The notes under the pieces were generated by a model. It was not told the origin of the DNA. It was given only the letters and a program-made list of their open reading frames with translations, and did no database searches. Shown piece after piece: positions 26,431 through 39,992 of a stretch of 64,000 nucleotides of DNA. The DNA is from Octopus bimaculoides (Eukaryota). How positions within the stretch are numbered: position 1 is the stretch's first letter; each line of letters begins with the position of its first letter. A program made the translations under genes and the position numbers. Location: the NCBI RefSeq assembly GCF_001194135.2, contig NC_068999.1, positions 49,157,381 to 49,221,380 on the forward strand. The letters run 5' to 3'.

Positions 26431-28487
26431 AAGTACACGTAAAAATACTACACACATATATACATACATGCAAAAATATGCATGCACATGTATATAACAG
26501 ATTTCTTTCAGTTTTCGTCTACCAGATCCACTCAGAGCTTTGGTGCTGGTGCCATGTAAAAAGCATCCAGTCCACACTGTGAAGTGGTTGACACTTTGAA
26601 GAGCATCCAGCTGTAAAAATCATGCCAAAACTGACCTCACTTGGTCCACTCTGTAGGGTGGTTGGTGTTAGGAAGGGCATTCAGCCGTAAAAAATGATGC
26701 CAAAACACACAGTAACCTGGTGTAGTCTTCTACCTGGCTGGCTCCTGTCAAACTATCCAATCCATGCCAGCATTGAAGGTAGATGTTAAACAGTGATGAT
26801 GATGGCTACGATAGAAGATACTTATCCAAGATGGCACACAGTGAGACTGAATCCAAGTTTCTTAACATCACAGTGATGCATTCATGACCTATATTAAATT
26901 AAATTAATTATTTCTATGAAACAGCAGACTTAGAAAATAGCATACCAATCTTCTCATGGGGAGGTTAAAAAAATTGTTAGGCTTATGTATATTGGTGAGG
27001 CCATGGATATGGTAAATTTCTTTCGGTGTCTGTTAAGTTGGATCTAGTGTTAATTCATAGAGAATGTCTTTGTTCTTTTTTTCACCTGTTTGACAGTTTA
27101 CATGCTGTGGGTAAAATAACTTCTTTCCTCTGATTTCTTGATAATCAATGCTATGTAGGGAGACCTTTTTTAGTGGGTACTGTTATCCATGTTTGGCATG
27201 TGCGTGCATACACACACACACACACACACATATGACAAGCTTCTTTTCAATTTCCTTTTTACCCTGTTATACATGTCTATTTCCTGCACTATTATTCATC
27301 TACCTTCTGTCTTCTACCTCTTGTCTCTTGCACTATTATAACCTCATTTGCCTATTCTCTTATACCTTTTACACCTGCACTGCTTTATTATACTTCTGCC
27401 TCTTACACAACAACCACCACAATCTCCACCATTGTTGTTTTATTACCAATTTCACAATAGCGAACAAATAATGTTTTAGCCATCAGTCATTTGACTTTGG
27501 CCATGCTGGGGTACCTCCTCGAAGCCTTTTTAGTCACAAATCGTCCCCGGGACTTATTTTTCTGTAATCTTCATACTTATTCTATCGGTCTCATTGAATA
27601 GTGATAGAGAGGGTCAAAGTATGACACACTGACACACAGAAATTCGTTTTGGCATTTATTATTATAGATATATAGATGACATGACAAGCCTCTTTCACTT
27701 TCCATCTACCAGTTTCACTCACAAGGTGCTGGTCGACCAGAGGCGTTTAGTAGAAGACATTTGCTCAAGGTGCTGGTCGACCAGAGGCGTTTAATAGAAG
27801 ACATTTGCCCAAGGTGCTGTACAGTAGAACTGAACCTGTCATCACATGGTAGCAAGGAGAGCTTCTTAACCACACATCCATACCTGCACCTGTAATAAAT
27901 TAGTGATTTACATGAGACAGGGACCTATAATCTAATTTCTGAATGCCATATAAATGATTAATGTAGGTAGAGATAACAGGTGTCACATAATTCAGTGGAC
28001 AAATAAGAATCAGTAGTTTGTTTTGAAGTGGAATTCTATTTTTATTTTGTTATGTTGATGGGTTTTTATTGTTCATAGGTTTTGCTAAATATTTCAGGGT
28101 TGGTCTTTATTTTTGTCAAGCAAGTTTATCTTATCAGAAATAATGTTTGAAAGGGATTATGTGTATGCATAAATCTTGTGAATATTGTATATAGGTATTG
28201 CTGGGTGCTTAAGAGCCTCACTTTGCAACCATGTGGTTTCAAGTTCAGTCCCACTGTGTGGCCCCTTGGGCAAGTGTCTTCTACTATATAGCCCAAGGCT
28301 GACCAGTGCCTTGTGAGTGAATTTATTAGACAAACTGTGTGAAAACTTGTTGTGTTTGTGTGTGTGTGTGTGTGTTTGTTCCTCTCCACCTCGACACCTG
28401 ATGCTGGTTTGTTTACAACCCTCTTAATGCTGTGGTTTAGCAAAAGAGAATGATAAAATGATGATTATGATGAGGAATTTGATTTAA

Positions 28488-28693
28488 CCCTTTCTGTTAA
28501 CATAAGCTGCCTTTGTTTCAATTAATTTTTAAAATAAAGAAAAATTTAGTAAAATGACTTTCTCATTATCAAGCTGGGGGTCTGGAACAAATTAGCATAA
28601 AATTTTGATAGATTACAATTTAGATCACTTTAAAACAGCAAGTTTTCGTCATAAAACTTGGGGGTGGTCTTAGGCAGGCTGGAATCTAAAGGG
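28488..28693. mobile_element. TTAA-flanked CCC...GGG MITE (family 'F', piggyBac-like)
   Basis: TTAA|CCCTTT ... AAAGGG|TTAA termini, 206 bp. Relatives at about 18770-18920, 19390-19470 and 63225-63601. Confidence 0.72.
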
Positions 28694-30119
28694 TTAAAAT
28701 CTTATGCTGTTTGACATTATATAAAATTTGTTAAAAGTACTTTGTTCCCCCAACCAATATGGCTCAATATTACTAACACAAGAATTATGTCAGAATTCAA
28801 CCTTTCCTCATGACACATGATGTTATTTTATGTATTTTATTAAGAATTACACAAGCTTTTGTGTGCAAAGGAACTTTCTTTGTTGATTGTATGTCTAATT
28901 TTCTGCGATGGGTTATTGTGATGACAATTTAAGCTAAATGGACTGTTAATTCCATTTTGTGTGTGTGTGTGTTCTTCTATGCCTCATATTTTGGATGGTG
29001 GTATATTCATTAAGTATGTTGAGGCAGATTGAAATATGTGAACCCTTTTAATATCAGTCTGCCTGAGATCACTCATACGAAAAGTGTTTGTTTTTAAATT
29101 AAAAAATTTCAACTAAAGTCTCATTATATTTCATCCTTTAGCTTATCCAGCTAAAATATTCCACTTGTTTTATGTTCAAACTGGCAAAATTCAGCTTCTC
29201 ACACCTACTCTAATATATTCTAAAAATATACAATCATATCATTGAAATCTCAAAGCTACAAGATAATACCTGATTAAATTCAAAACATTGGGAATAAATA
29301 ATTATTACCTTTGATTGAATAATGTGAATGCTAAAGGGTTAATATGAATAATAGCATAAAGTTCCAGTTAGTCAGTACCGGTAAAATGATAATATTTAGA
29401 ATTTCAACTATTTTAGTAAAACCCTTTCAAAATATGAATATGGTTGAAAAATAAATTGAAATATAGAAACAGCCTACCTGTTAGAAATATAGCCGTGAAT
29501 GGGTTGAAGTGGAGAGTATAAATTTGAAATTAATAGTTCAGAAAACCAGTCAGTCATCATCATCATCACATTCATCATCATCATCATTTAACATCTGTTT
29601 CTCGATACTGGCATGGGTTAGATGGATTGAGAGGAACCAACAAGCTGCAGGATTGCAGTGAGCTCTGATGTCAGGTTTGGCATAGTTTCTATGGCTGGAT
29701 CCCCTTCCTAATGCCAACCACTTTACAGTGTGTATACTTCCTTTGTTGATGTTCAATGTCCACAGTCAGTTCTGTTTGAAAAAATATTAAAAGAAAATTA
29801 GCCCATCCGACACGCACGTAGTCGATTGACTAAATGTCTTGGAGCAATTCCTAACTTCAGTACACCGGATAATGTAATGCATCAATCTAGTCACCAAAGT
29901 CCACTGCAGGCAGTGTTCTTTTGTTTTGGATTTGTACTCTGGCACTTTAAGCGTTTTATATCAAGCTTTCAGTTCTGTCCATGCAGACAGAAGTACATAA
30001 ATGGTTTCTTTTTTTCTTTTTATCTCTCACAATCATATTTGTGATATAGAAGTAGCTAGATAGATACTTGTGGGTTAACTACACAAACTCAACACACAGG
30101 ATATTAGAAGGTTTGTGTT

Positions 30120-30520
30120 TTATCTTTTACTTGTTTCGGATGACCATTTCGGGGCACTGCTGTGAAGGGTTCAGTCGAACAAATCAACCCCGGTACTTAT
30201 TTTCCTTTTTAAGTCTGGTATGACTACCGATCCTATTGGTCTCTTTTGCCAAACCCCTAAATTATGGGGATGTAAACGAACCAATGACAGTTGTGGAGTG
30301 TGTGTGTGTTGGGGGCGAAGGGGAGAAATAAACACGCACACACACACACACACACACACAAGGGGCATGCACATAGTTTCTGTATACCAAATTCACCCAC
30401 GAGGCATTGGTTGGCCCTGGATTATAGTAGAAGACACTTGCCGAAAATGCTGTACAGTGGGACCGAACCTGAAACCATTTGATTGCAAAGTGAGCTTTCT
30501 AACCATACAAATATCCATGT
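30120..30520 (-). mobile_element. SINE family 'B', near full length, antisense to RSF1
   Basis: Reverse complement of the 42008 copy, including head, microsatellite and tail. Confidence 0.8.
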
Positions 30521-30688
30521 GCATAAAGCAATTTATTGATAGTCAAAGATATGTAAATGTTTACCCAGTATCTAACTTAACTGCAGTATTTCCATAGAAT
30601 ACACAGACACAGTGTAAGCAGGAGCATGAACAGAGGTGGGGACACTCTACTCTGTTTGCAGATTGTGTGATCAGAATTAAAGTAATAA

Positions 30689-31100
30689 TTAATCTTTTAG
30701 CATTCAGATTAATCTGTCAAACGAAACACTTATTTATTTACATTGCTTTGAATTAATCATGCATTGTCACATAGCTTTGAGATTTTGATTATGTGGTTGT
30801 TTATTTTTAGAATGACAGTATAGGGTAGGTGAGAGAGGCTGGCTCTGGCCAGTTTGAACCTAAAGCAGGTAGAATATTTGGGGCTGATGTGACTGGTTTA
30901 ACCCTTTAACATTTAAACTGGCCATATCCGGCCAAAATATTGTACCTGTTTTATGTTCAGAGTGGTCAGATCTGGCCTCTCACACCAACCCTACAATATC
31001 ATTTTAAAAATTAACAGTTTCCTCATCAAAATTGCAAAGCTACAAGATAAAGGAAGATTAATTCAAAAGAAAGTGAATGTTGGAGGGCTAAATACTAAAA
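30689..31100. mobile_element. Two TTAA-flanked MITEs (family 'E') in inverted, nested arrangement
   Basis: + copy 30689-30900 is interrupted at its internal TTAA (30898-30901) by a - copy. Other family 'E' copies at about 13250-13420, 18920-19010, 29039-29342, 36345-36811, 61515-61680. Confidence 0.72.
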
Positions 31101-32451
31101 TAAATCACCCTATAAAATTATAATTGTTGTGCAAATTAATGTCTTGGATTATTGAGTGTATGGTCATGAACCATTAGACTAGCCATTATGCTGTACCATC
31201 ATTGTCTAGGTACGTGATTCCTTTTGGTTCAGTCTGCATGGCTGACATAATAGTTCCCTTTACACTTTGTGGTTTGAATGGTGAGCAGTAGAAGGACATC
31301 CTACTGTTAACCTTAATTGTTTAAATGGTTTGCAAAAGAAGAAAAAGAAACATTTGGAAGTCCTTCACTAGCATGTTAGCAGGAAAATTCTTCAAGCAAC
31401 CAAGGAAGCTTCTGTGCAGTCATTCAACCTTCTAGAAATAGCAGCCAAATCACACTGATTTAGAAAAGGAGGACACATTAGAGAATGTGCTCCTGGGTGC
31501 AGTGTACTCAGGAAAATGAGGGATGGTCATGGTTGAATTGCTTTTAAACCTGTCTGCCCAAAGCATTTTCATAAGATTGTCCTAAATGTTCATGCTTGTT
31601 TTTAGATTTTTAGCGAGCCCTTGTTTTATACATTCTGAGTAATATATAAGGCTTTTCTCTCACAAGTCCTAAGTTATTGTGATGGTTGACAAAAATTGGG
31701 AATATGTTATCATATATGATGCAGAGATGCCAGGGAAATATGTCTTGTGTATTACAGTATCACATGTGATACACAGGTGAAATGTTAATTATATAAATTT
31801 ATATTTGATCAGACATATTGCAAAAAAAAAAAACCTTCCAAAATCTATTTCGCGAACTGATATATTCAATAAGGCTTAATTAAGATGAAAAGAAACAATA
31901 AGAAACATACCGTATTTATATATATATATATATATATTAAAAAAAAACCTTTAAAAAAAATTTAATTTCCTGCAAAATATAGCTTATTTATTACCACTAT
32001 CTTCCATTTCATCACCATGACAAATATCACAACCAACCAGCAGCATTTTGTATTGTGTTTCTTTTTCCTATTTGTGTGGATTATAATAGCAGGTTTGACT
32101 GGCTGGCTGTGTTTGGCATCACTCCAAAATACTCATCATAGCTTATAGAAGTTTGGTTTGGTTTGGATATTGTTGTGGGAGCAAACTTAGCGCATCTGTA
32201 CCATTATCACGCATGTAATTTGGTTAGAACTGAGAGTTTCATGGCTAGTTCTGTTTTTAATGAGGACATTACTGAAACTAATTTAGTGTGGTGTACCATG
32301 CCTTCATTTATTTAAGACAACTACCTAACCCTCACCCTAACCCTAACCCTCACCTGAAATGAATCTTTGCTGCCCTCTAATTTTCTTTTACTTGCTTCAG
32401 TCATTGGATTGTGGCCATGCTGGGGCACTGCCTTGAAGGGTTTATATAGTC

Positions 32452-32781
32452 CAGTGGTTCTCAACCATTTTTTATCTATGGACCCCTTTGATTACTGTTT
32501 TACCCTGGTGGACCCCCATAACCTATAAAACTAGTTTTATAGGCACTTCTTTGAAAATTCCCATTTTGTTTTTCACACATTAACTCGAGTGGTTTGAACT
32601 CTGTAAAATGTTAGAGAGAGAAACCAAGCTGTTCCTTTCGGTAAATACATCTGAATCAGAATTTTTTCATGGATCCTTAACATACTACTGTGTGCACCCA
32701 ATTTACTGCTTTGCTTGCATGTCCCCACCAAACCTTACACGGACCCTCAGGGGTGATATCAACCCCGGTTGAGAATCACTA
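32452..32781. mobile_element. hAT (Charlie-like) MITE inserted in an antisense family 'B' SINE
   Basis: TIRs CAGTGGTTCTCAACC / GGTTGAGAATCACTA; flanks ATATAGTC / GTTTAGTC (6/8 match). A 3'-end remnant lies at about 4540-4592. Confidence 0.8.
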
Positions 32782-35700
32782 GTTTAGTCAAACAGCTTGA
32801 CCCCCCCCCCCCCNNNNNNNNNNNNNNNNNNCCCCACCATTATTTTTCTTTTTAAGCCTGGTATTCTATCAGTCTCTTTTGCTGAACCACTAGGTTATGG
32901 GGATGTAAACAGACCAACACCAGTTGTCAAGCACGGGGGATAAACACAGACACACACACACGTAATTGATTTCACAATAGCAAACCTACAAAAGATTCTT
33001 CTAGTACATCTGCTGCCTTGAATAATTTCTGTCTTGCAGTACTTACCTTCACTTTCAAAGTGTAATTTGAGAAGAGCCTCGGCTTCACATGCAATACAGA
33101 GCTGGTGACGATATGTGCTGTTGACTTCTTGATCAATTGTCTGACACTTTATTCCTCATCTCCTTCCTTCCTTCCTTTCTTTGTTTCCTCTCTCTTGAGA
33201 TCGATACAGGTGAAATTATCATAGCTTGAAGAGCTGCCCAACAGAAGCAAATTAATAATTTGTAGTAGGGCACTAGTGTACAGAGCATTCATTGACAATT
33301 TTTTTTTCCTGTTTTAGGTTTTTAAATTTATGGCTTTAAATTAAAATTTGTCTTGATATTGACTTCTCATGTGTCCTACACCAACGTTTCATCATTTTCA
33401 ACGTCCTCTTTTCCATGCTTGCATGGCTCAGACAGAATTTATTTAGGCTGATTTTCTATGGTCAGATGCCCTTCATCCTTTACCTGTTTCCAAACAAGAT
33501 AATATTTCCCCATGGACAGACATGTTTTCAGAGTATTGGAAATGAGTGACACTGCTTGTATGACAATCACACTATATTCTCCTGTTTCGTACTAATTATC
33601 CTTATTCCTTGACCAATAACTTGGAATTTTGCATGTAAGAATTTAATAACACAAATTTTCTTCCAATTTTTTTTGGTTGTCTGTGACACATTAACTCACT
33701 GGTTATATGCAATTTAGTAAGCACTCAATGAACATATATATACTGCTGAGACCCCCCTTTGGCCATGACTGACCATGGGATTGCACCTAGAAAGTTACCC
33801 TCCCAGGCACAAGTCCAGGCAAAGTTGTTTATGGAAGACCAGCAGTCACCCATGCATACTGGCCTCCCCTCTCCGCGCCACCAGTGTTATCCAAGGGAAA
33901 GGCAAAGGCCGATACAGCTTGGCACCTGTGTGTTGTGTGTGTAGTACCGCCTGACTGGCTCCCATGCTAGTGGTACGTAAAAAGCACCGTTCAAGCGTGG
34001 TTGATACCAGTGGCCTGTTTCAGTTCTTTCTGCTGAGTGCAAATCCTGTGCAGGTCAAGTTTATGTTTTAACCTTTCATTGTTAATCAATAAAGTACCAA
34101 TCCTGGACAGTGGATTCATGGAATGTCAGAGTGTTGGGCAAATACACCCTGTGGCATCTGTTTCAACTCAGCACATTCTTTCACTGGTTTAAAAAGAAAA
34201 AATAACCTCTAAATAAATGGTGATAGGCTTATGAAATTCTTAAGTACCCAAGTATATCTGCTGACCATTCTCACTGTCAGAAAGCTGACAGGAAAATTGC
34301 AAGGGTACTATGCAGCTGTTTGCATACAATGAATGATAATTCTCTCTGTATTTCTCTTTCTCTCCGTCTCTCTCTCTCTACACACACACATACACACACT
34401 ATGGACTCTCCTGTTGAAGACAATATATGAGCGTTCAGCTTTTGTTGAATGACCTGCACAAATGATTTGTTTACAGTGATCAAATGTTTGCTCACTCCCT
34501 CCATCAAATTGGCATTACCTGAACATGTACACAGTATACCATGTATCAGGTGACAAAGTGATTGCAGAGCAATGTGAGATGAAGTGTTTTGCTCTAGTAC
34601 ATAATGCACCACCCAGTCTACGAATTGAAACCAGATTCTCACAGTTGTGAATGCTATACCCTAATGACTAGGCCATGTGCCCTCATCATCATTTAATCTC
34701 TCATTTTCCATGCTTTGGTATAGTTTCTATAGATGGATGCCTTTCCTAATGCCACCCACTTTACAGAGTGTGCTGGGTGCTTTTTTTCATGGTACCAGCC
34801 ATCACTAAGTGAGGTCACCAAGCAGTTCAGTTGCTAGGCAAGACCCCTAAAGTGAGTGGGGTACAGTATTGAGGGATGTGAAAGCATGAGAGAGGGACAG
34901 GAACAGGTGTCTTGCTGAAAAAGTGAATACATAGCTTCCTCAGGCGAAGATAAAAGTTGAATATGAGAGAAAGAGAATTGAATTAGAGGGAGAGAAAAGA
35001 CAGGTGGGTAAGTGGGTAGGTAAGTGCACAAGAGTGTGATGAACCTTTGTGACTAATGAAGAAATGATTATCATTAGCATTATCACTCTATTGAGTTCAG
35101 GTTATTTTAATTTTACATAATTTTGTATCACTTGGTTGTAGGGGATTGATGACTGGGCTTTCACAAGAGTTTCCTCATGTACCTGATACACAAGGCTTTT
35201 TTTTTGTGGGATTATTTCATGGAATGGGTCCTTATTTATTTAATGAAAAATTTATTGCTTGTTAACATTGGAACTGAATGGTACTTATTCTATCAGTTTC
35301 TTTTGCCAAACCACTAAGTTACAGGGGACATAAACAAACCATTACCAGTTGTCAAGTGATAGTAGTGGAGGAGACTAACAGAAAGACACACACACACACA
35401 CCCATACATTTAAACATATATACACTGGGCTTCTACACAGTTTCCCTCTATCACATTGACTCACAAGGCATTGATCAGTCTGGGGCTATAGTGGAAGATA
35501 CTTGTCCAAGATGCCCAAACAGTGGGTTTGAACCCAAAACCACATGGTTGCAAAGTGAACTTCTTAACCATACAGCCATGTGTGCACCTGTTAGTCAATT
35601 CTAATTATATTAACATGCAAATAAGCTTAACAAACAGTAGATCCGTTATCCTTCTTAACTATTATTTTGTAAGCAGTTTTCTTTCTGTTATCTTTCTCAT

Positions 35701-38700
35701 TATTTATCTTTCTATTTCTCTACTTCAAATTACTAATTTTTATTGTGTGGCTAAGTCTTGGAAAATTTAATTAAAATTCCATTGATTTAAAAAAAAAAAA
35801 ATTATTATTCAATCGTGTTTCTTTTTGAAGTTTAAATTGTCTTTTTACTGTTAGGGTTTACTATTTCTTGTTTCTCCCCCCAAACTTAGATGTTACTTAT
35901 ATTCCCAGTTGTATTCAGAAAAAGAGCCATTAATGTAAATGATTTCACTGCAAAAGTTTTCGATGTAAACGAGTTTTAGATAAAGCACCAGTTTGAAATA
36001 GATAAGAGAAATTGGCCCCACTGATGGAACATGATTGCATTTTCTATGTTAGCTTGGTCCAATATATTTGTTATATTGTATTGAATGTTGCCAATCAGCC
36101 CATTTAATTTCTCTCCGATCAAGTTACCAATCAATAGAGCTTCTATGTGGTAACTTGTCCTCTTCAGTCTAGCAGCTGAATTTCTATCATGCATTTTCCT
36201 ACTCTCAGAAGACCTTAAGAGAGCTATGCTCTCGAGAGATCACTATGGTTTATACCAGTTTGTTAGACATCACACTTCTTTGTCAGCCTCTGGGAGAGAA
36301 AAATCAATATGATCATTGATTGTATGAGTAATATGTTTCAATTTTTAACCCTTTAGCGTTTAAGCTGGCCAAAATATTTTACCTGTTTTATGCTCAAACT
36401 GGCCAGATCTGGCACTTCATACCTACTTGTTTTATGTTCTAACCAGCCATATCCAGCCTATCACACCTACCCTTCAATTCCATTCTAAAAAGAAACAATC
36501 ACATCAAAATATCAAAGCTATGAGACAATATATGATTAATTAAAAACAATGAATGAAAGAGCAATACAACTGACAGAACATCTGAATGCTAAATGGTTAA
36601 ACCGGTTATATCTGGCCCCAAATATCGTACCTGTTTTATGTTCAAACCAGCCAGATCCAGCCTCTCACACCTACTCGACGTTTGTTCCTCTGAACATAAG
36701 CAGTCACATCATTGAAATCTCAAAGCTGTGAGGTAAGGCAAGATTAATTCAAAACAATGTGAATGAATAAACATTATATTTGACAGAGAAATCTGAATGT
36801 TAAAGGGTTAAGGGAGTTTGTCTGCTATTTCTGACATATCAAGTCTCCGCAAAGAGGCCACCTCTTTGCTTGGTCACTCTATGTTGATATTTCTCTTTTC
36901 CGATGTTTGTTTCTTTTTTCTTTATAATCCAATATCTTTGGCTGGTTGTATAAACTTCCTGTTATACATTAAGAAAAATGTAGTGAATTAGCCAACATAT
37001 ATATTGTTGAGTCAGAATTAATATATTTTATACAATAATGTGCATGTTTCATATTTTCATATTTTTGAATGCTTATATTTTGCTAAGAACAGTGTTTATC
37101 TTTCAGTAATTTTTAAAAGATACGTTCAATCTTTGCTATTCTGCTTTATTTGGTTGTTTTTCATTTGATAATCCATCTTGTGCTATCAATTTATCTGGAG
37201 CTTAATAAATTAGATTGGATTGAAACCCAAGCATGCATGTTTCACTAGTCAACAGAACGAGGCAGATAACATGAAAGAGAGGGGGGAGGGAAGAAAGAAG
37301 AGGGAAAGAGGGAGACAGAAAAGGAATAAGTGAACTGTAGTGGTTTGTGATTGGCTTTTAATCACTTCACTGAGAAGAGATCTGTTTGACATAATATGGA
37401 GATTGAGGAAGCTGGTTTCTGTAAATTTTAAGGTCGACGATGTCCTAGCAGTTGGATTTTCATATAGACATTCCCACACATTATAGAAATGTGTTTCTGG
37501 AAATCTTATTTTTCATTGGCTGCCTTGTGGGGTGGCAGTCAATGAGAAAATACATTTTGTGTTATAGAATTCCACTTTACAAAAGATCTTCAAGAGCACA
37601 GTGCTTCTTGTAACACACAGTAAGGACATCTTATTTCTAGCAATACTGGTACTACTTAGCACCCTCTGTCACTTTAGTGACGTCTATAAATTTGTTTTTT
37701 GGGTTGTTAAAACCCATATACATACANNNNNNNNNNNNNNNNNNNNNNNNNATATATATATATATATATAAACCATTCTTAATCCAAACAAGAAGAAATG
37801 AAGTTGAAAATGCACATAGAATATATGAGGATTAATTTATATTTTAAAACACACACACACACACTTTGCTGGTTTCACATTTGATTTTCAAAAGTGTATG
37901 TTATGTGGAGTTGCATTGCAAGTTGTCTTTTCTGGCTGTTGTAAAAATTGTTGGTTTTTATAGAAAGAATGTTAATTGGCTTCTCTGTATAGGAGAAAGA
38001 TCTTTCATTTTCATCAGTAACTAAGTTTCCTCATTTACCTCAGGTTATAGGGTGGGGCGTGGTGTTTGTGAGTGCTGCCGCTATTAACAGCGTACAAGTA
38101 TTATTCTCCCTATCTCAATGTGTGTGCGTATGTGTTAATAACATTAGTGTAAAATTCCAATAAATGATATAACATCAAAAAGGGGAGCAAGCAAACACAG
38201 GGGTATCCAGTCTCTTTTATTGATGAAAAACTGGGTCAGTCATAAACTGTTACATTTCAGATCTTCTACTCTTTTAAGTTCTTGGTAATCACTCTGTCTC
38301 AGCTACTCTCTTGTGATGACTTCAGTCTGGTAACACACATCCCTTCGTTCTCATTAAATTATTTGTTAATGTTATTCGGTTCAAATTCATCATCATCATC
38401 ATCGTTTTAACATCCACTTCTCCATGCTTGCATGGGTTGGAGGGAGTTGTGTCGAAGCAGATTTTCTATGGCTGGATGCCCTTCCTGTTGCCAACCCTCA
38501 CCTGTTTCCAAGTCAGGTAATGCTCCCCCCTGGCTGGATGTATTTTCATGGAAAACTGGAAGCAAAGGGCACTGCTTGTACGATGGTGACAGTCGTTTAC
38601 AACAGCCACAGTCTCAAAACAAGGAGACACCAACTCTCTCTCTCTCTCTCTCTCGCACACACAGAGGATAGGCTTCTTTCAATTTCCATCTGCCAAATCA

Positions 38701-39420
38701 GCCCATATAGTTTTGGTCAATCCTGGGCTTAGAAGAAGACACTTGCCCAAGGTTCCACACAGTGGGATTGAACCCAGAACCCAGTGGTTGCAGTTCTTTT
38801 ATTTCTCACATTAGTCAGTTCTCTTTCCGTTTTCTTCTTACTCTCTATTTATTTCTCTCTCTCTCTCTCTCATGCTTATGTGCATCCATGCAAACAAACA
38901 TGTCTAATTTTATAATAAAGGATGGCAATCTATCTTGCTAGTGTCTTTCTTCATCTCTCTACCTCTCGCTTACTAATTGTTGTAAATTTCTCATATTCCT
39001 CCACTGGTGGTTAGCATTCACAAGATTATATTCTCTTCTAGCAGTAATACATCAATAGGCACACAGAACACATAAAATTATATATATGGGTGCTTTCAAG
39101 CCTTCCCCCTTGTTCTGTATTGTCACAAGACAATAATATAATAAATTACTGCTAAGATAGTTAACACCAATCAAATGATATTAAGTTAGTTGAAACCACC
39201 AATTTAAGACAAGGCTAAACAACAGCCTCACTGCAGTGCTTATAATGTCGACCTTTTACTTCCTTTGTCTTGTTTCTCTGGTACAGCAGATCTTAGCTTT
39301 ATTGGTCTTTATATAAGGAGTTGGTTTCCTGCTATTTTACACACCTTGGGCAAATGTATGCTACTATAACCCCAGATTGACCAAAGCCTTGTGAGTGGAT
39401 TTTGTTGACAGAAACTTGAA

Positions 39421-39652
39421 AGGCGGCAAGCTGACAGAATCGGTAGCACGCCGGGCGAAATGCTTAGCGGTATTTCGTCTGCCGCTACATTCTGAGTTCA
39501 AATTCCGCCGAGGTTGACTTTGCCTTTCATCCTTTCAGGGTCGATAAATCAAGTACCAGTTACGCACTGGAGTTGATGTAATCGACTTAATCCCTTTGTC
39601 TGTCCTTGTTTGTCCCCTCTATGTTTAGCCCCTTGTGGGCAATAAAGAAATA
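39421..39652 (+). mobile_element. Full-length octopus-type SINE (family 'A': AAGGCGGCGAGCTGGCAG...GAGTTCAAAT...AAGTACCAGT...), inserted in a family 'B' SINE
   Basis: B-box-like GAGTTCAAAT; flanked by direct repeat AGAAACTTGAAAGG (39410-39423 and 39653-39666). Related copies near 3740-3870(-), 4070-4455, 5285-5500(-), 12810-13190, 25550-25945, 40001-40215, 42838-43055, 51790-52060, 53325-53725, 62200-62410. Confidence 0.85.
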
Positions 39653-39730
39653 AGAAACTTGAAAGGGCCTCATTGTGTGTGTGTGTGCGCGCGTGCATGC
39701 CTTTGTTCTGACATTATGTGATGTTTGTAC

Positions 39731-39992
39731 CAGGGCTGTGGAGTCAGAAACTATTAAGGGGTAGCTGAAGTTGGAGTCGGTAAAACTATATCGACTCTGA
39801 CTCACAATATCTTTATTCTTTAATATAAACCAGTTGTAACATATAGCTCAAAGTACAAGCGTATATATATGCTTTATGAGATATGTAGACCACAATCATT
39901 TAATTACATAAAGAGGAGTCAAAGTTGGAGTCAGTGGTGCCAATAGTAGAGGAGTCAGAGTCGAAGTTTTTTGCTTTGACTCCACAGCCCTG
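39731..39992. mobile_element. hAT-like MITE with internal GGAGTC repeats
   Basis: Perfect 15-bp TIRs CAGGGCTGTGGAGTC / GACTCCACAGCCCTG; flanks GTTTGTAC / GTTTCTAT (6/8). Confidence 0.8.

Noticed and set aside
27722-27810. Small tandem duplications (44 bp here; about 23 bp at 5799-5858; 20 bp at about 59107-59165)
   Set aside because: Local slippage in SINE or intron DNA with no sign of function.
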